Shown: in pieces, positions 35,621 to 48,808 of the stretch
Layout of the letters: every line of letters begins with the position of its first letter
How positions within the stretch are numbered: the stretch's first letter is position 1
Assembly (NCBI RefSeq): GCF_000143415.4
Contig: NW_003314309.1
Coordinates: 766,936-830,935 of the forward strand
Reading direction: 5' to 3'
From: Selaginella moellendorffii
Lineage: Eukaryota; Plantae; Lycopodiophyta
DNA: 64,000 bases
Program-made: the position numbers and the translations under genes
Notes under the pieces: model-generated
What the model saw: only the letters and a program-made list of their open reading frames with translations
What the model was told of the DNA's origin: nothing
Database searches by the model: none

Positions 35621-37451
35621 AATCCCAGAAGTTAGTTTTTGGGATAATCATGAAAACTTATTAAATAAAGAATGATGCTAAATTACATATTTAGATGTGA
35701 GAACAACATCATTGTATTCAGGACAATCTCTACATTTCATAGATATGCTAAACTAACAAATCTAAACACTTTCCATAAATAGCCAAATGAAACTAACACA
35801 TTAGGGAATGATAGCGAGAGTGTCTTAGTGGACACAGTAAGCTATCCCTTAGCAAATATTAAGGATTAAATTTAATATCATAGGGGTTTTTGTCAAACTA
35901 ATGCAAGATAGAGCAAAAGAAAACTAAAAGCCAGACTGAGTATGCTCAATAAGAAACACATAGGAGTTTTTACTTTAGATAAATGGTTATATATAAGTGG
36001 TTAAATATAGATGCTAAACTCAATTTACTAACACTTAAATAAGGGGGATTGAAAAAGGAACCAACAATATCGATCTTTTGCCGTTGTGACAGTAAAAAAA
36101 GAATGTCTAAAAGAATGAACTAGCCAATAAGTTATTTTCCATACCCATAGTCATATTTGCCACACAAATGGCCATTCCATGGATCATTCCTGAGTTCATA
36201 TTATATCTATCACAATATTCTTCATATAGATATAATTGTTGTCCATTAAAAAAATTTGGGTCTAGGATTTGGTTTTGGCAAGGATGGGGCAAAAGTATCC
36301 TCTTTATACTATGTGGAGAGGAAAGAGAATTAGAATTTTTCACTATTAGAATAATATTATACCTATCTTCACACTTCATCTAGAACTGCCAAATGGAGGG
36401 GCCTCTACTCTAAGTATGAAGCACAATTATGGCTTTAGAAATGGTGCTACAACAATCACACACCACTCTAAAGACCTCTTTTGGATTGCCCTTTTCCACC
36501 ACTTTGACTAGCAATGCACTTAAAAGTATTCTAGTTAATAAGGAGTATGATGATTACTTCACAATGGAGGAAGATCTAGATGTCTAAGGGCAAAAGTATC
36601 CTTTCTGTTGCATTTTGTTGAATATGTAATTGACTTACTTAATGTCCTCAATTGGTGGAGGAAGTGTTATGACTTGCAAAACAACCGGTGAGATTTGCCT
36701 AAATTAGCAAAGGAACTACAATCACTTGTAACACAATAGAAGGCTAAAGACGTGCAACAACCTAGGTGTTGGAATTGGAGGTGGTGTATTTAGGAATGCC
36801 TAAACCATCATCGGGTTTGGCTTATATATATTCAATATAATGTAATTATCTGTCCGCATGAAGGTTGCAATTATGGCAGTAGAATACAATAAGACAGAAA
36901 CAAAAACACTATAAGTTTTATTTGTATTATTGCACTTACCAACATCAAATTATGTCCAAGTGACTTGATGTAATTGGTACTAGAAGCACATATGTGCCAC
37001 AAACTCAAATGCAACATGTTGTCCCTTGCTGATGTGATTGCCATTTGAATTCATAACTAGAAAAAAATACTATAAGAATTAATATTTAAGAAAGAATTTT
37101 TTTTTTTATGGATAACTTTACTTATAATTGGTTCTTACTTTAAAGCTTTCTACATGCTTGCCTCTTATAGATACTTAGATTCCTTTGTTGGGTTGTGCTA
37201 AAATGCTCTTTCTTATTACATTTTCACAGCAAAACACACTCATAATAATTTGTAGCTAATTAAAAAGTATCATAGCTCTAGCAATATTAAAATACTAAAT
37301 TATCTCTCAACATAAAAATGATTAATGAATTTCATAGATGGGATAAAAGAACTTATAAGAGAATATAATATTGAAACAATATCTTTAAATGTCACTTTAC
37401 AATTTTATGCTTTATTTATATACAACCTAAATTATTAGTTTTAACATATTT

Positions 37452-40400
37452 TATGAGTGCATGGAATATGGAAATGGAATACAAAAATGTGCATATTAAT
37501 TAGCCTAAAAACCTTAGCTTATATACAAAAGCAAATGGTCCAAATTGAAACCAATCCAATGGCTACCAAAATCCCACTATACTAATATTAATATACGGCA
37601 TCAAAGATATACACCTGAACCTCACATCATCCCCCCTTGGAACGATGGAAGATTATCAGAGTCCTCTTGTGGATAGGCCAGGATCTGAAGGAATATCAAG
37701 AGGAGGCATAAGTGGATCTGTAAGTGGCATTAGTTGTTTCTGATCCTTTTGTATGAAGTGTTTTAGTTGTTGCGCACAATTTTTAGAGGATTGGCCTAAT
37801 GAATATCATGCTAAACCTTATAAACTTATTGTCTAACTTACCACAACACCTAATATAGTCTTTTCCACTCAGCAAGGAACCTCTTAGATAAACCACATAC
37901 GATAAAATTGGGAAAATAAACTAAAACTAAATTATCCATTTTGTACTTTGCACGTGGACGATGATGGGAGTTGTAGCACTGTTATTGTCCCACTTATATG
38001 CAGCCTATATGTTTGGTAAACTCTGCTTAGACAAGTGAAAAAATGCTCATCAAATACTAATCTCACAACTTAGTTTTAGCACCTCATGACAATTGTGAAG
38101 GTAAACCCAATTCTGTTAGTAATGTTGGATCATGACCATATAGGAGTGTTTATGGTGAAACACCAATAAAACTTGCACCCTTATGACATATACATACTGT
38201 AGAGACAGTAAATAACCATCATAATTCGAATACTGAAAGTTCATATACTTTGCGATCATCTCTTTAAAGGTTTGAACAAGCTATTCCACCAAACTGTCTG
38301 ATTATAGATGATAAACATTTATGAAAGTGTGGCATATCCTTAATTGAGATGTTAGAATGTGAAATGCTTTAACCATAAATATGGGACTATTATCCAAGAG
38401 AACCCACTTTGGACAGGAATGTTGGAACACCACTCAATTGATGAGGAAGTATCCAAAAATAGTTGTAGACATGCTAGTAAGAGCACTGAATTCCACCCAA
38501 CAAGTAAAGTAATCAAAAGCAATATGACATACTCATTGTTAGTAGTCGATTATGGAAAATGCCCCATTAAATCAATTGCCACTAACTCAAATAGATGGGA
38601 AACTACAGTTAACTCCAACCATCCTTCTTTAGCACGACAGGGAGTATTACGAGCTTGGCACCAAATGCAACTATGCACATACTAGATAACATCACATCGC
38701 ATTTCTGGCTAATATTGTAGCGCATGTGATCATGGGATGAGATTTGGATATACTGTCACCGTGGATCCTTGGAACCTTGGGGGATAAATGGGGATAAAAT
38801 AGCCACTAAGGGCTCTCTCATCAAGCAATTGCCCCTTTTCCAGTTGGCTTAAGGGGAGAGAGATAAGGTGCGGTACAGTTGGTATCAGAGCAAATGGCAT
38901 GGGTTCGATTCCCATTGATTAGTGGCTACTTAAAGTATAATATACCCTTGAGCAAGGTATATTCCTACCCCTAAATTTGAAATTATATGTATTGGGCATC
39001 CATACGTACATCCTTCCTCTTGTGTGGAGTATCCACAGACGAAAGTATCCACTGTGAGACTGCGGTATGGTAAATTTGAAATTATATGTATTGGGCATCC
39101 ATACGTACATCCTTCCTCTTGTGTGGAGTATCCACAGACGAAAGTATTCACTGTGGGACTGCGGTATGGGTGGATGACTAGTTGCCTCACATGGAATAGC
39201 TAGTCTACACAATGGAAGGATTGGTAGATTAAGTGCGGAAATGGAAGTGCTGGTTCCCTTTGGCTCAGTAGGGGTTGTTAGTCAATAGTCAATGAGGACA
39301 TTGACATCTCTGAAGGGGGGGTGAGTGCTGTGGGACTGCGGTACGGGTGGATGACTAGTTGCCTCACATGGAAAATGGAAGTGCTGACATGGAAAATGGA
39401 GGTGCTAGTCTACACAATGGAAGGATTGGTAGATTAAGTGCGGAAATGGAAGTGCTGGTTCCCTTTGGCTCAGTAGGGGTTGTTAGTCAATAGTCAATGA
39501 GGACATTGACATCTCTGAAGGGGGGGTGAGTGCTGTGGGACTGCGGTACGGGTGGATGACTAGTTGCCTCACATGGAAAATGGAAGTGCTGACATGGAAA
39601 ATGGAGGTGCTGGTTCCCCTTGGCATTGACATCTCTGAAAGGGGGGTGAGTGCTGTGGGACTGCGGTACGGGTGGATGACTAGTTGCCTCACATGGAAAA
39701 TGGAGGTGCTGACATGGAAAATGGAGGTGCTGGTTCCCCTTGGCTCAGTAGGGGTTGTTAGTCAATAGTCAATGAGGACATTGACATCTCTAAAGGGGGG
39801 GCGAGTGGAACCTTGGGCCACTAAAATAGCCACTAAGGGAAATCCCCTTTTCCAGTTGGATTAAGGGGAGAGAGATAAGGTGCGCTACAAATATAAAGTT
39901 TTGCATAGCTTCTCGTCACACAACAATGTCATATGCCCGCCTAAAACATGAGTATGAAGAAAGCATGAAATAAAGATCGAAGACACCACCAACCATAAAT
40001 GATCATTAGGATCCGTCTTCACAAAATAAAGAAGATTGTTCTTAAGATGAATATTGAGAATGTAAATGCTGAAATGGCAAGTCATTAGCAAGTGATGTAA
40101 GATTCTCATACCTATTGCAAAGACTTCAAATCCACAACTCAATCTTTTGAGTTTTATGAACCTCATCAAGAGAAGGTAAATCTTGTTTTGCACTTTGTGA
40201 ACACTAAACATCAAGTATAACAACTGCTAATGGCACAAAATCTTTGTCTAAAAAATCCATAAATACTAAAATAATAGGTTTGTAAGAAATATGAAAAGAG
40301 AGGGAAGAAGGAAGAGGAGCTCAAAAAAGGGCATCAGCATTAGCTATAAAACTCCCTGGGTGATGAACAATATCAAAATCATATAATGGAAGTTTCAAAG

Positions 40401-43400
40401 CCCACTAAGCAGTACGACTAACTAAGTTCTTCCATTTTAACAATGAAGTAACTACAACATAATTACCTTCTAGTAATGTTTAAGAACTATGTAGATATGC
40501 ATGAAGTTTTTTGAAACTCCAAATTACTACTAAACACTCCTTCTCTATCGTGGAATAGTTCACCTCCGTTAGTTGTAATGTACAGTTAATATATACAATA
40601 GGATGGTGCTAATTAGGCACACTTGGGCTCTTTGGCATGAACACTTCTCTAAGATCGATATCAAAAGCATCCACGTTCAAAATGAAAGGTCGAGTGTAAT
40701 CAGGATATGACAAAACTAGAGGAGTCATCAATAGCACTTTGAGATCTGTAAACGCCCATTCACAATCCATATATTAGATAAAAAACAATATTAACAACTT
40801 TAGTAACACTTGCAATGGTGTAATGTGATAAAAAATCTGATCAACAAATTGACCAAGATATTACACCTTGCCTAGAAAGTGTTGCATATTATTCACACAC
40901 TTTGAAGAAGGGAACTTTAGAACAGCTACAAGTTTGTCATGATCAACCTGCAAACCCTCACAAGAAATATAAAATTAAGATAAGTCATGTTCTTGGACCC
41001 AAATACACACTTTGATACTTTAAACCAACTTTTTATAGCCAATTCAACACTTTTCAAACATCATGGATATGTTCCTCCCATGTCCCCTTTAAGTGGATTA
41101 AGACATTATTAATGAAGCCAACAGTCACTTCCGGCATGTTGTAAATAACCTCGTCCATCATCCACTAGAAAGTTGCTAAAACAGTATTCAAACCAAATGA
41201 TATCATCAAGAACTTGTACAAACCAAATGATGTACGAAAAGTAGTCTTTGGAATATCTTCTTTGGCTATTGGAACTTGTCAATACCTAAAAGTTAGATCT
41301 AACTTGGTGCACTAATGACTTTTTTTAAGAGATCAGTAGTGTGAGGAAGAGGATACATATTGAGGATTGTCACTTCATTTAATAAACGATAGTTAATGCA
41401 GAAATAAATACTCCCATCAAACTTTGTCATAAGATGAGGTTTACACATCTAAGGACTCCGCAATTTTCAAATAACACCTTTTTCTAACATTTCTTTAATG
41501 TTTGTATGTAAAATCTTCATCTCTTTTGATGATTGATGACAAATAAGAACCCTGATTAGACAAGTATCCCCAGTTGGAATAGGATGACATATTGCAATCT
41601 TAGCCCTAGATGACAGGTTAAATTTAAAGAGATCAACATACTCTTTCATGAGTCGATCAACTACTGCAACACAAAAACCATCAAAGGGATTAGAAGAGGG
41701 AATAGAGAAATAAGATGTACATATAGAAAGAAGTAATGGGGAGATAAAAGTGATGGAAGTAGATGTAGAAGTAGAGGGACAAAGAGGAATAAAAGTGAGA
41801 GGAATGGAAGAAATATAAAAAGTATGAGACAATGAAAAGAGGCTTTAAAGTCACATTTAACATGATTGTGTCGCAACTAATACATACTAAGGATGAGGTC
41901 AAAAGTTTAACTTGACACCATTTGCAATGACTACAGCTCAAGCTCAAGATTGCCCACACGCACAATTAGGTCTACTTCATTTTGTGCACATGCGTGTGTA
42001 TGGTTGTTGCCATACATAATGAAAACTAGCTTTGCGGCATAATGTAAATGTAGACGGCAACGTGTGGCAACAAGCCAAGCAATAAAAGATAAACTCGAGC
42101 CTGTATTAACCAATATAGAGAGAATAATAGGAGACCTCTTGTTTTAATAATGAGCTTGGAAAATAAACATTAGATGAATTGATGCCAAGTGAACACTTGA
42201 TAATACTTTTGAAAGAAAGATGAAAGTGTCACTGACTTATTTGCACAAAAACCCTCCACTACTCACCTAATTCCCAAAAACATCTTGGTGCCCAAACTTT
42301 ATACTGCAGCAACACCAATAGAATGTTGTTGATGCCAAAGTCTCCATCTAGGAAATGAAGGTCACTAATCCGGAAAAAGTTGACAACACCAATAAATGTA
42401 ACCAACTTCATTACACGCTTAGCAGTAGACATCATGGCCACGACTACATCCTTGACCTTGTCCTTGAACTCGGAATATCAACCTTTATTGGAATAAGACC
42501 ATCTCCCACAAGAAGTGGAGCTGAAAGTGCAAAATGGAAAAGGTGACATCTAAGTTTATGCATAAGTTCTACAAAATTTTGATGAAGTGCTAGCCACAAC
42601 ATTCTTAGCTTGATCCGCTCTGATATATTTGGCTTCATATGAAGAAAGAGGCTTTGGAAACAAATGCCAAATTGCATCACTAATTCAAATGGCCCTTAAC
42701 GAAGACAATGTAATTGTTGGAAGGCATCATCACAATTGTTAGCATGTCCAAATGTGTGTTTAAAGACATTTGGAGAATACTCCAATCGTCACAAGTGGCT
42801 ACGCTCAAACTATTATACCACTACAGTGCCGTCCTTTTGAAACACATAGGAAACTCATGTAAACATAGAGCATCATCCTAAGAATGATATGTGACAATCA
42901 CTATGAAGTGATTTAACCAATGATATGCATCATCCTCAAAATTCCCACGAAAGAATCCAGCCGAATGCAAGGATTGACACTAAGAGCAATAGAAGTTGTA
43001 CCATGTGATGTGAATGCTGCCATTAATTGAGTTTGGTTGTTCAACAATAATCGCATAGCATTAAGTAATTACACCAACTGCTATTCTAAAGTCAAAGGAG
43101 GAAGAGATTGCTGCTCTACCATAAAGATGAATGAAAAAGAAAAAGCAAAAAACAAAAAAAAATGAAAAAAAAATTAGAAAGAAAGGGAGATCTAAACAAT
43201 GCAAAAGTTAAATTCAAACCAAAATCTTGAAAAGAAAGAACAAAAGAAATGAAATGAAAAATGTTAAATCTAAATGATGCAAAAGTTAGATCTAAATCAA
43301 AATTTCAAATCCAAGCACTTATCAAGGACAATTAAAGATGCCCCCCACCTTTACCAATGTGAGTGCATAAAATATGGCAAAAGAATACAAAAAATATACA

Positions 43401-43534
43401 TATCAATTAGCCCAAAAACCCCAGCTTATATACAAAAGTGAGTAATTCGAATTGAAATCAATCCAATAGCTACTAAAATCCCACTACATTAATATTAATA
43501 TACAGTATCATAACAGTACACTTTGGACCTCAGA
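37452..43534 (-). mobile_element. Old degenerate Ty3/gypsy LTR retrotransposon; LTRs ~37452-37625 and ~43359-43534
   Basis: ~175-bp diverged direct repeats; PPT (ccccccttgg on +) at ~37630; decayed PBS ~43345-43356; relics of integrase (38.3-38.7 kb), RT/RNase H (40.5-41.5 kb), protease LVNTGSSLSFIA (~42.1 kb) and gag. Confidence 0.8.
38716..39889 (+). mobile_element. TRIM (miniature LTR retrotransposon) nested in the old gypsy integrase
   Basis: 5-bp TSD AATAT on both sides; ends TGTAGCGCA...TGCGCTACA; 5' LTR 38716-38877; PBS tggtatcagagc 38880-38891; PPT 39792-39805; deleted 3' LTR 39806-39889; non-coding. Confidence 0.85.
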
Positions 43535-43692
43535 TAACCAACAATTTTTAAAATTTAAAAGTAGATTGAAGTTTATATCTGAAAGCATAATTTTTCATTG
43601 CCCCATCGTTGTGTTTTAAGCTTCAGTTTCATTGGATCAAATTCTCCTTTTTTTTTCTCTATCTTGAAGAAGCATTTCTTGTTCCTATACAA

Positions 43693-45055
43693 TCACCGCT
43701 TGCTTGTCTCGAATCCCAGCTCTATGTCTTTGACAGGAGGAGCTCCTATATGCTCTTGGAAATCGCTGGCCTTGAGCAACGACACGTCTTCTTCGTCGCC
43801 AACAGTAAAAGGGTCGCTGCTGGTGTTGCTCTTGATGTAAGCCGGGGCTGCCGCTGCGGCCTTCTTCTCGGCCTCGGCAGCTCTTCCGTAAAAAACCATG
43901 CCAATCACCGTGATCACCATGCCAAGGATGTTCTTGGACGTGATTATGTCGTGGAAAAACAGCCAGCCCATCGCAAGAACACACACCGTTTTTATGTGTC
44001 CCAGAACTTGGAACGTCACGGCCGAGAATCGGCCAATGACGAGATACTGACTTACGTTGCAGCCCACGGCCAGGAGGCACGAAAGGCTGATGAAGAGCTG
44101 GAAACCACAAACAAAAGATAGTACCGAATGAGCAGTCGATCCAAGAGAAAAAAAGAGCAGGAACTTACAAATGCTGCCGTCGATAAGGTGTAGTTCAACA
44201 AGTAGTTCCCTGTCAAGGCAAAATCCATGAATGGTCCCAGAGGTAGCAGCGAGGCAGCCTGGATTGGAGCGGTCTTGCTCAGTAGCTCAAACGAGGAAAC
44301 GTTGTGCTTCTTTTGCAACGAACCGATGAACTGCGACAAGAGAAAAACGACGTCAGAGGCTTTGAAAGTCAGAAAGTAAAAGAAGAAAAAAAACGAAGGT
44401 TCCTTACGATCTGTTGCAATGCCGTAGCTAGCACGGCCATAACTGCAGCCATGAATCCTTTGAAGTTCACAGTCACATCTGTTACTGTGACAATGGCGAC
44501 GCCAAACACGACCATGATCACCGAGAGTATCACCGGTCTGCTGTAAGTTTTGGCGTTGAGCACTCTCTCCAAGACGCAAACCACTGGTATCATGCTCAGC
44601 TTCGCGATCTGGATCAAGCAAGCAAAAAGAGAAAGAAAAAAGAGAAAGTGAGAGCTCTGGACAGGAATCCTTGGAGACTAACCTGGTAGAAGCCGACCGA
44701 GTTGAGCAAAAGGCTAAGATTCATTCCCACAATGGAGACGTTCGCAACGAGCGAGAACCAAAAGAGATCCCAGAAAGGGATCGGCTTGAGCGTGGTGTAG
44801 CCCAGCGCCGCTGAGGCAAAGCCTGCGAGGGACGTGACTCCAAAATGGCACGCTGTGAGCGTCGTAGCTGACCAAACACCGCGAGAGAGATGAGCATCAG
44901 AAAATTCCCCCAAAGAATGCGGGCAACCCACCGAATCTAAAGCCATAGCTCGACATAACCACCTTGTTGACGAAGATCAAGCCCACGGAAGTGACGACAT
45001 TGAGCGCCCAGGATCCCACATCCCCCGCCAGCCTCTGCCTCTTCTCGCTCGCCAT
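43693..45055 (-). CDS. Nucleotide-sugar transporter, URGT (UDP-Rha/UDP-Gal) type, multi-exon
   Basis: [36 protein letters not shown]|[43 protein letters not shown]. Confidence 0.92.
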
Positions 45056-45884
45056 CGCTGCGATAAAATTCCGGGACGCGATTCACACCACCATGAGCTC
45101 CGGCGCGCAGGGTGTCCCAGATTTCCCCACCGATCCCCTCCGGAATCTACCCTACCGCGGGACCAAACACAAGAACCCTAATTTCCAAATCTAGCGCGCT
45201 GGGCGCTTCTTTTCCCCCTTTTCCTCCGGGCTCTATTTCTACCTTTTTCACCTTTTTCTCCGGGTGTTATGTGCGCCGTCCACGTGAGAGGTAACTTCGT
45301 ATTTACCCTGTCGGGGCAAGAAGATCCGACTCTGGCCGTTACCGGCGAATATACTCGATTACGGTGACGAATATCCCAGTAGCTCTGTCAATGTGGTTGG
45401 CACTGCAACCACTCTCCACTGGACAGCACAACAAACACTTAACTAAGATCGAACTTTAATTTTACAAGGTGAAAAAGACCTTCTTACCATCTTTTTTAAC
45501 CTCTTTACCAACTTTTTTTATCTGCTGGTATAGATCTCGTGAGCGCCAAACTTTTAGAAAAGTTTAGCGAGCGCTTTGCGTTGACAAACCCACACGCAAA
45601 TCCCCGCAAGGAGTTTTGTCACGCAAGGAACGCAAACTTTACGTAACCTGGGAGAGGCTTACTAGTTTTTATCGGCAAATCTTTCACAATGTCAAAACTT
45701 TGTATGGTTTTTCCAGATTTTTTTGCCTTGTTTGATATAGACCCTTCTCTCAAATCAAGTAGATCAAGCATGATAACGATCGCCTGAAATAAATTTCCCC
45801 GCCTATTATATACAAACCAGTTTCTTCGTTTCTTCTTCTTCTTCGTGAAACGCTCGCTTGGCGACGTTTTCCTTTTGTTTCGGC

Positions 45885-48808
45885 CTAAAACGAGAGACTT
45901 CGTCGAGTAGCAGCGGCTTTGAGCTGACAGAACAGCGCTGTGGACATTATGCTGCACAGAAACCACACCATTAGATGCTTTAGGAATCTCTTAGCAGCTC
46001 AAGGATGATGGCGAATAGTACCTCACTCCAGCAAGCGAGATGATATTCCAAAGGATCCCTGTCGATTGAATGGCACGGCTATACACACGCGATTGCACCT
46101 CTAGATACTTATGGTGCGCTGCAAAACGAAACTAGCAAGAGCTCTTAGAAACTTCCAAATGGAAAAGTTTATAGACGAACCAGGATTCACTGCAGCATCC
46201 ATCGGAAGAACGTTGCTCTGTTTGCAAGAGGTGCAGTGCCAGCCGGCTTCCGTGCTAGATGAACGCGACACAGCTCTGTTCCGTGCACGAGGCCCTTGAG
46301 CTTGCGTTTGCGGGAGAAATGCACTTTGCATCCACTTGCAAGAATTCTGAGGCACCTGTCTCAGCCTGCTCATCACAAAAAGTTAATCATCCAGCTCGAA
46401 CTTCACACTAGCTTACCGGCAAGTTTCCCAGATTCTTGCAAGAAGATCATCCGGAATGCTGAATGTGTTCTCGTCCGTCAAGTCCGAAGGAATGCCTGCT
46501 GGGAGCAAGTCATGCCTCCGAGATAGCGAACAGAGAGCCGATACCAGCTCCGTAAATTCTTCGTCGGAATATGTCTTGCTGCGGCACTCTGGAGTGGTCT
46601 CTTCACTGGAAAGCTCTGCACGGTCAAGTGACAAGTAAATCAAAAGCTTTTGAATTTTTGCGAAAGCCACATACCTGCCGAAGCATGAACGCAGACTTGA
46701 GAGATGCACAAATCTTGCAGTGAAGCAGCGGACTTTTTGGGAACCGCGTGACCATCGAGCAGCGCCATGGCTGCTGCGTCACAAGCCGATACATCACGCA
46801 AAACAATCCTGCTGAAACCAGTTTTAGTTGCGCGGCTAGCCGACGTTGAGAAAACGGGTCCACATGTTGGAGGAGGCTCTCGATTCACGGCAGCAGGCGT
46901 ACAGCTGAAACTTTCCGGAGCTGCTGCTGCCGCAGCTGCATCCACGTCTATAAGCTGGAAAAGCTCCCAGCGAGACGGAGCCAGCCTCACAGCTCTTAAC
47001 ACACCATTTGGCTCCGCACTTAAGTAGCGGCTGCAGAGTAGACAACAAGAAAAAGCCCTGTTATAACAAAAGAACGAAGACGGCAAAACAAGCTTACTGT
47101 TTCCCGTGGATCTTCCGAGCAGTCCGTATCGTGAAGCCAATTATGCTTGCGTTTCTACAAATGGTTCCGGGAAGTATGGTCGCGTTAGACACCGGTTTGA
47201 TCTCAAACAGAGAAGCAGAGCAGGGAAAGTGTACCGCTGGATCACTGGACTGAAAAACGATAGCATCAACAAAGGTTATCAGAAACTTGATGAGATAAAG
47301 AAATGATACGAACCTGATTGACACGACCGGAAGCGTCGACAAACATGTATACATCGGCTCGACGCTTTGATACAGTGGACAGAGATGTCAGCGTGTACAG
47401 GGAATCACCGTGAGCTCTCAGATGCCAGGCGCCAATTCCCTGCAAGAAATCCTTTTTCTCGCTAGAAACTATCCTGCATTTGCCGGTGTCTGTGCTTAAA
47501 AAACCGCCGTGAACGCTTCGGAGAAGGATACGTGAGCCGCTTGCAAGCTGGATATTGAACAAATCGTTGCCTCTCCTGAGAACCCTTTTGTATATCAACT
47601 GGCCAAACTCCACACTGAGATATCCCTGTGAATCCGACTCCGACGTTGCCTGTTCGATACTTATCTTGCTATCCGAGTGAAGCTGGATAGAAAACGTTTC
47701 TCGCCCTTGTGCATGATTGAGTCGAGTGGTAAAAACATTCCCATCCGGCTCAGCGCTCAGCTGTTCGCGCAGACAACAAACATGAGTCGCAAGAGATGGT
47801 TTTTGCAACGTAAGTTGGACAACATACCAAGCACGTCCCGTCGTTGGTACGAATGGTGCAATGCCTTGCCGGCTCACTGACAACCTCCGCCTCCTCCTCT
47901 TCCTCACCTCGCCCAAGCAAAGCTTGCCACAAACCTCTGGATTTCTGTGAAGGCTTGGCAGTCTCGCTCTTCGCAGCTGGAAACGACGAAAAGATTAAAT
48001 CGATCAGGAATTCCTCACAGCAACAAGGAGCCTGTAATGAAGAAAAGGTACGAGCAAAATCAAAACAACACCACGACTAAAAGCATGAACAACAACGTAG
48101 CAACAAACAACAACCGATACCTCCGCACGGGCGCTGACAACGTGTCTCGCAGCACATAAATATTTTTTGGTGCTCGCCTGCAACGTTACTCTCACTGGAG
48201 CCCGGACAATCCTGCAGCAAGGCGATCAGTCCTTCTCTCTCCAACACACCACGTAAAAGCTGCCAGACAGAAAAAAGAAGAAAACCCCTTACCACGGAGC
48301 AATCTTTGGAACGTCCTCCATAGCTCTTTCTACGAGCATAAACATCTCCCATTTCCTTGCCTTGGCCGTTCCTCCATACAAACGACCATGCCAATCACTC
48401 GTGAGATATCCAGCTTGAGATCCTCCACGAAAGCTAGCTCCTGCAAGCGAAAGAAAAAAAAGATGAGCAAAACTTTGACAGGAGATCATGGAATGAAACA
48501 CTACTTCCACTTTCGTCCATCTCTAGCGCGAAGAGCACGTCCTCGGAGCAGCATTCCGGGTCTCTCCGCGCACACCCAACAGCGCTATCGCGGCAGCACA
48601 AAAACCACGACGATGAAAACTGGAGCTTGTATCGCCCATCACCCTGAGGAAGCAAGAAAAAATCCGACGCCTCGGCCACTGTTCCAAAAAAGACCCTTTG
48701 ATCCGAAGAGCACGAAAGCCAGCGATCGCACCACGACCTCGCGCGATACGAGCAAACCGGCCCCGAGAAGGCGCACCTAGAAGCGTGTACCTCCTTGTGG
48801 CCCTCCAT
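45885..48808 (-). CDS. Multi-exon fascin-like beta-trefoil protein (~9 repeats) with BC-box-like motif and possible C-terminal TM anchor
   Basis: Spliced repeats such as GYLTSDWHGRL..RKWEMF, VTLQASTKKYLCAA, TIRTNDGTCLLSAEPDG..GRETF, LLRSVHGGFLST, RYLSAEPNGVL..SRWELF; AASLQDLCISQV; both termini uncertain. Confidence 0.6.

Noticed and set aside
30300-37400. Short ORFs in the AT-rich region
   Set aside because: No motifs and many stops; consistent with decayed TE sequence that I could not classify
38860-38920. tRNA gene
   Set aside because: No anticodon arm or acceptor stem; only A/B-box-like parts
38970-39800. Repeat-spacer-like array suggesting CRISPR
   Set aside because: Eukaryotic context; the intervening sequences are themselves repeated; lies within a TSD-flanked TRIM
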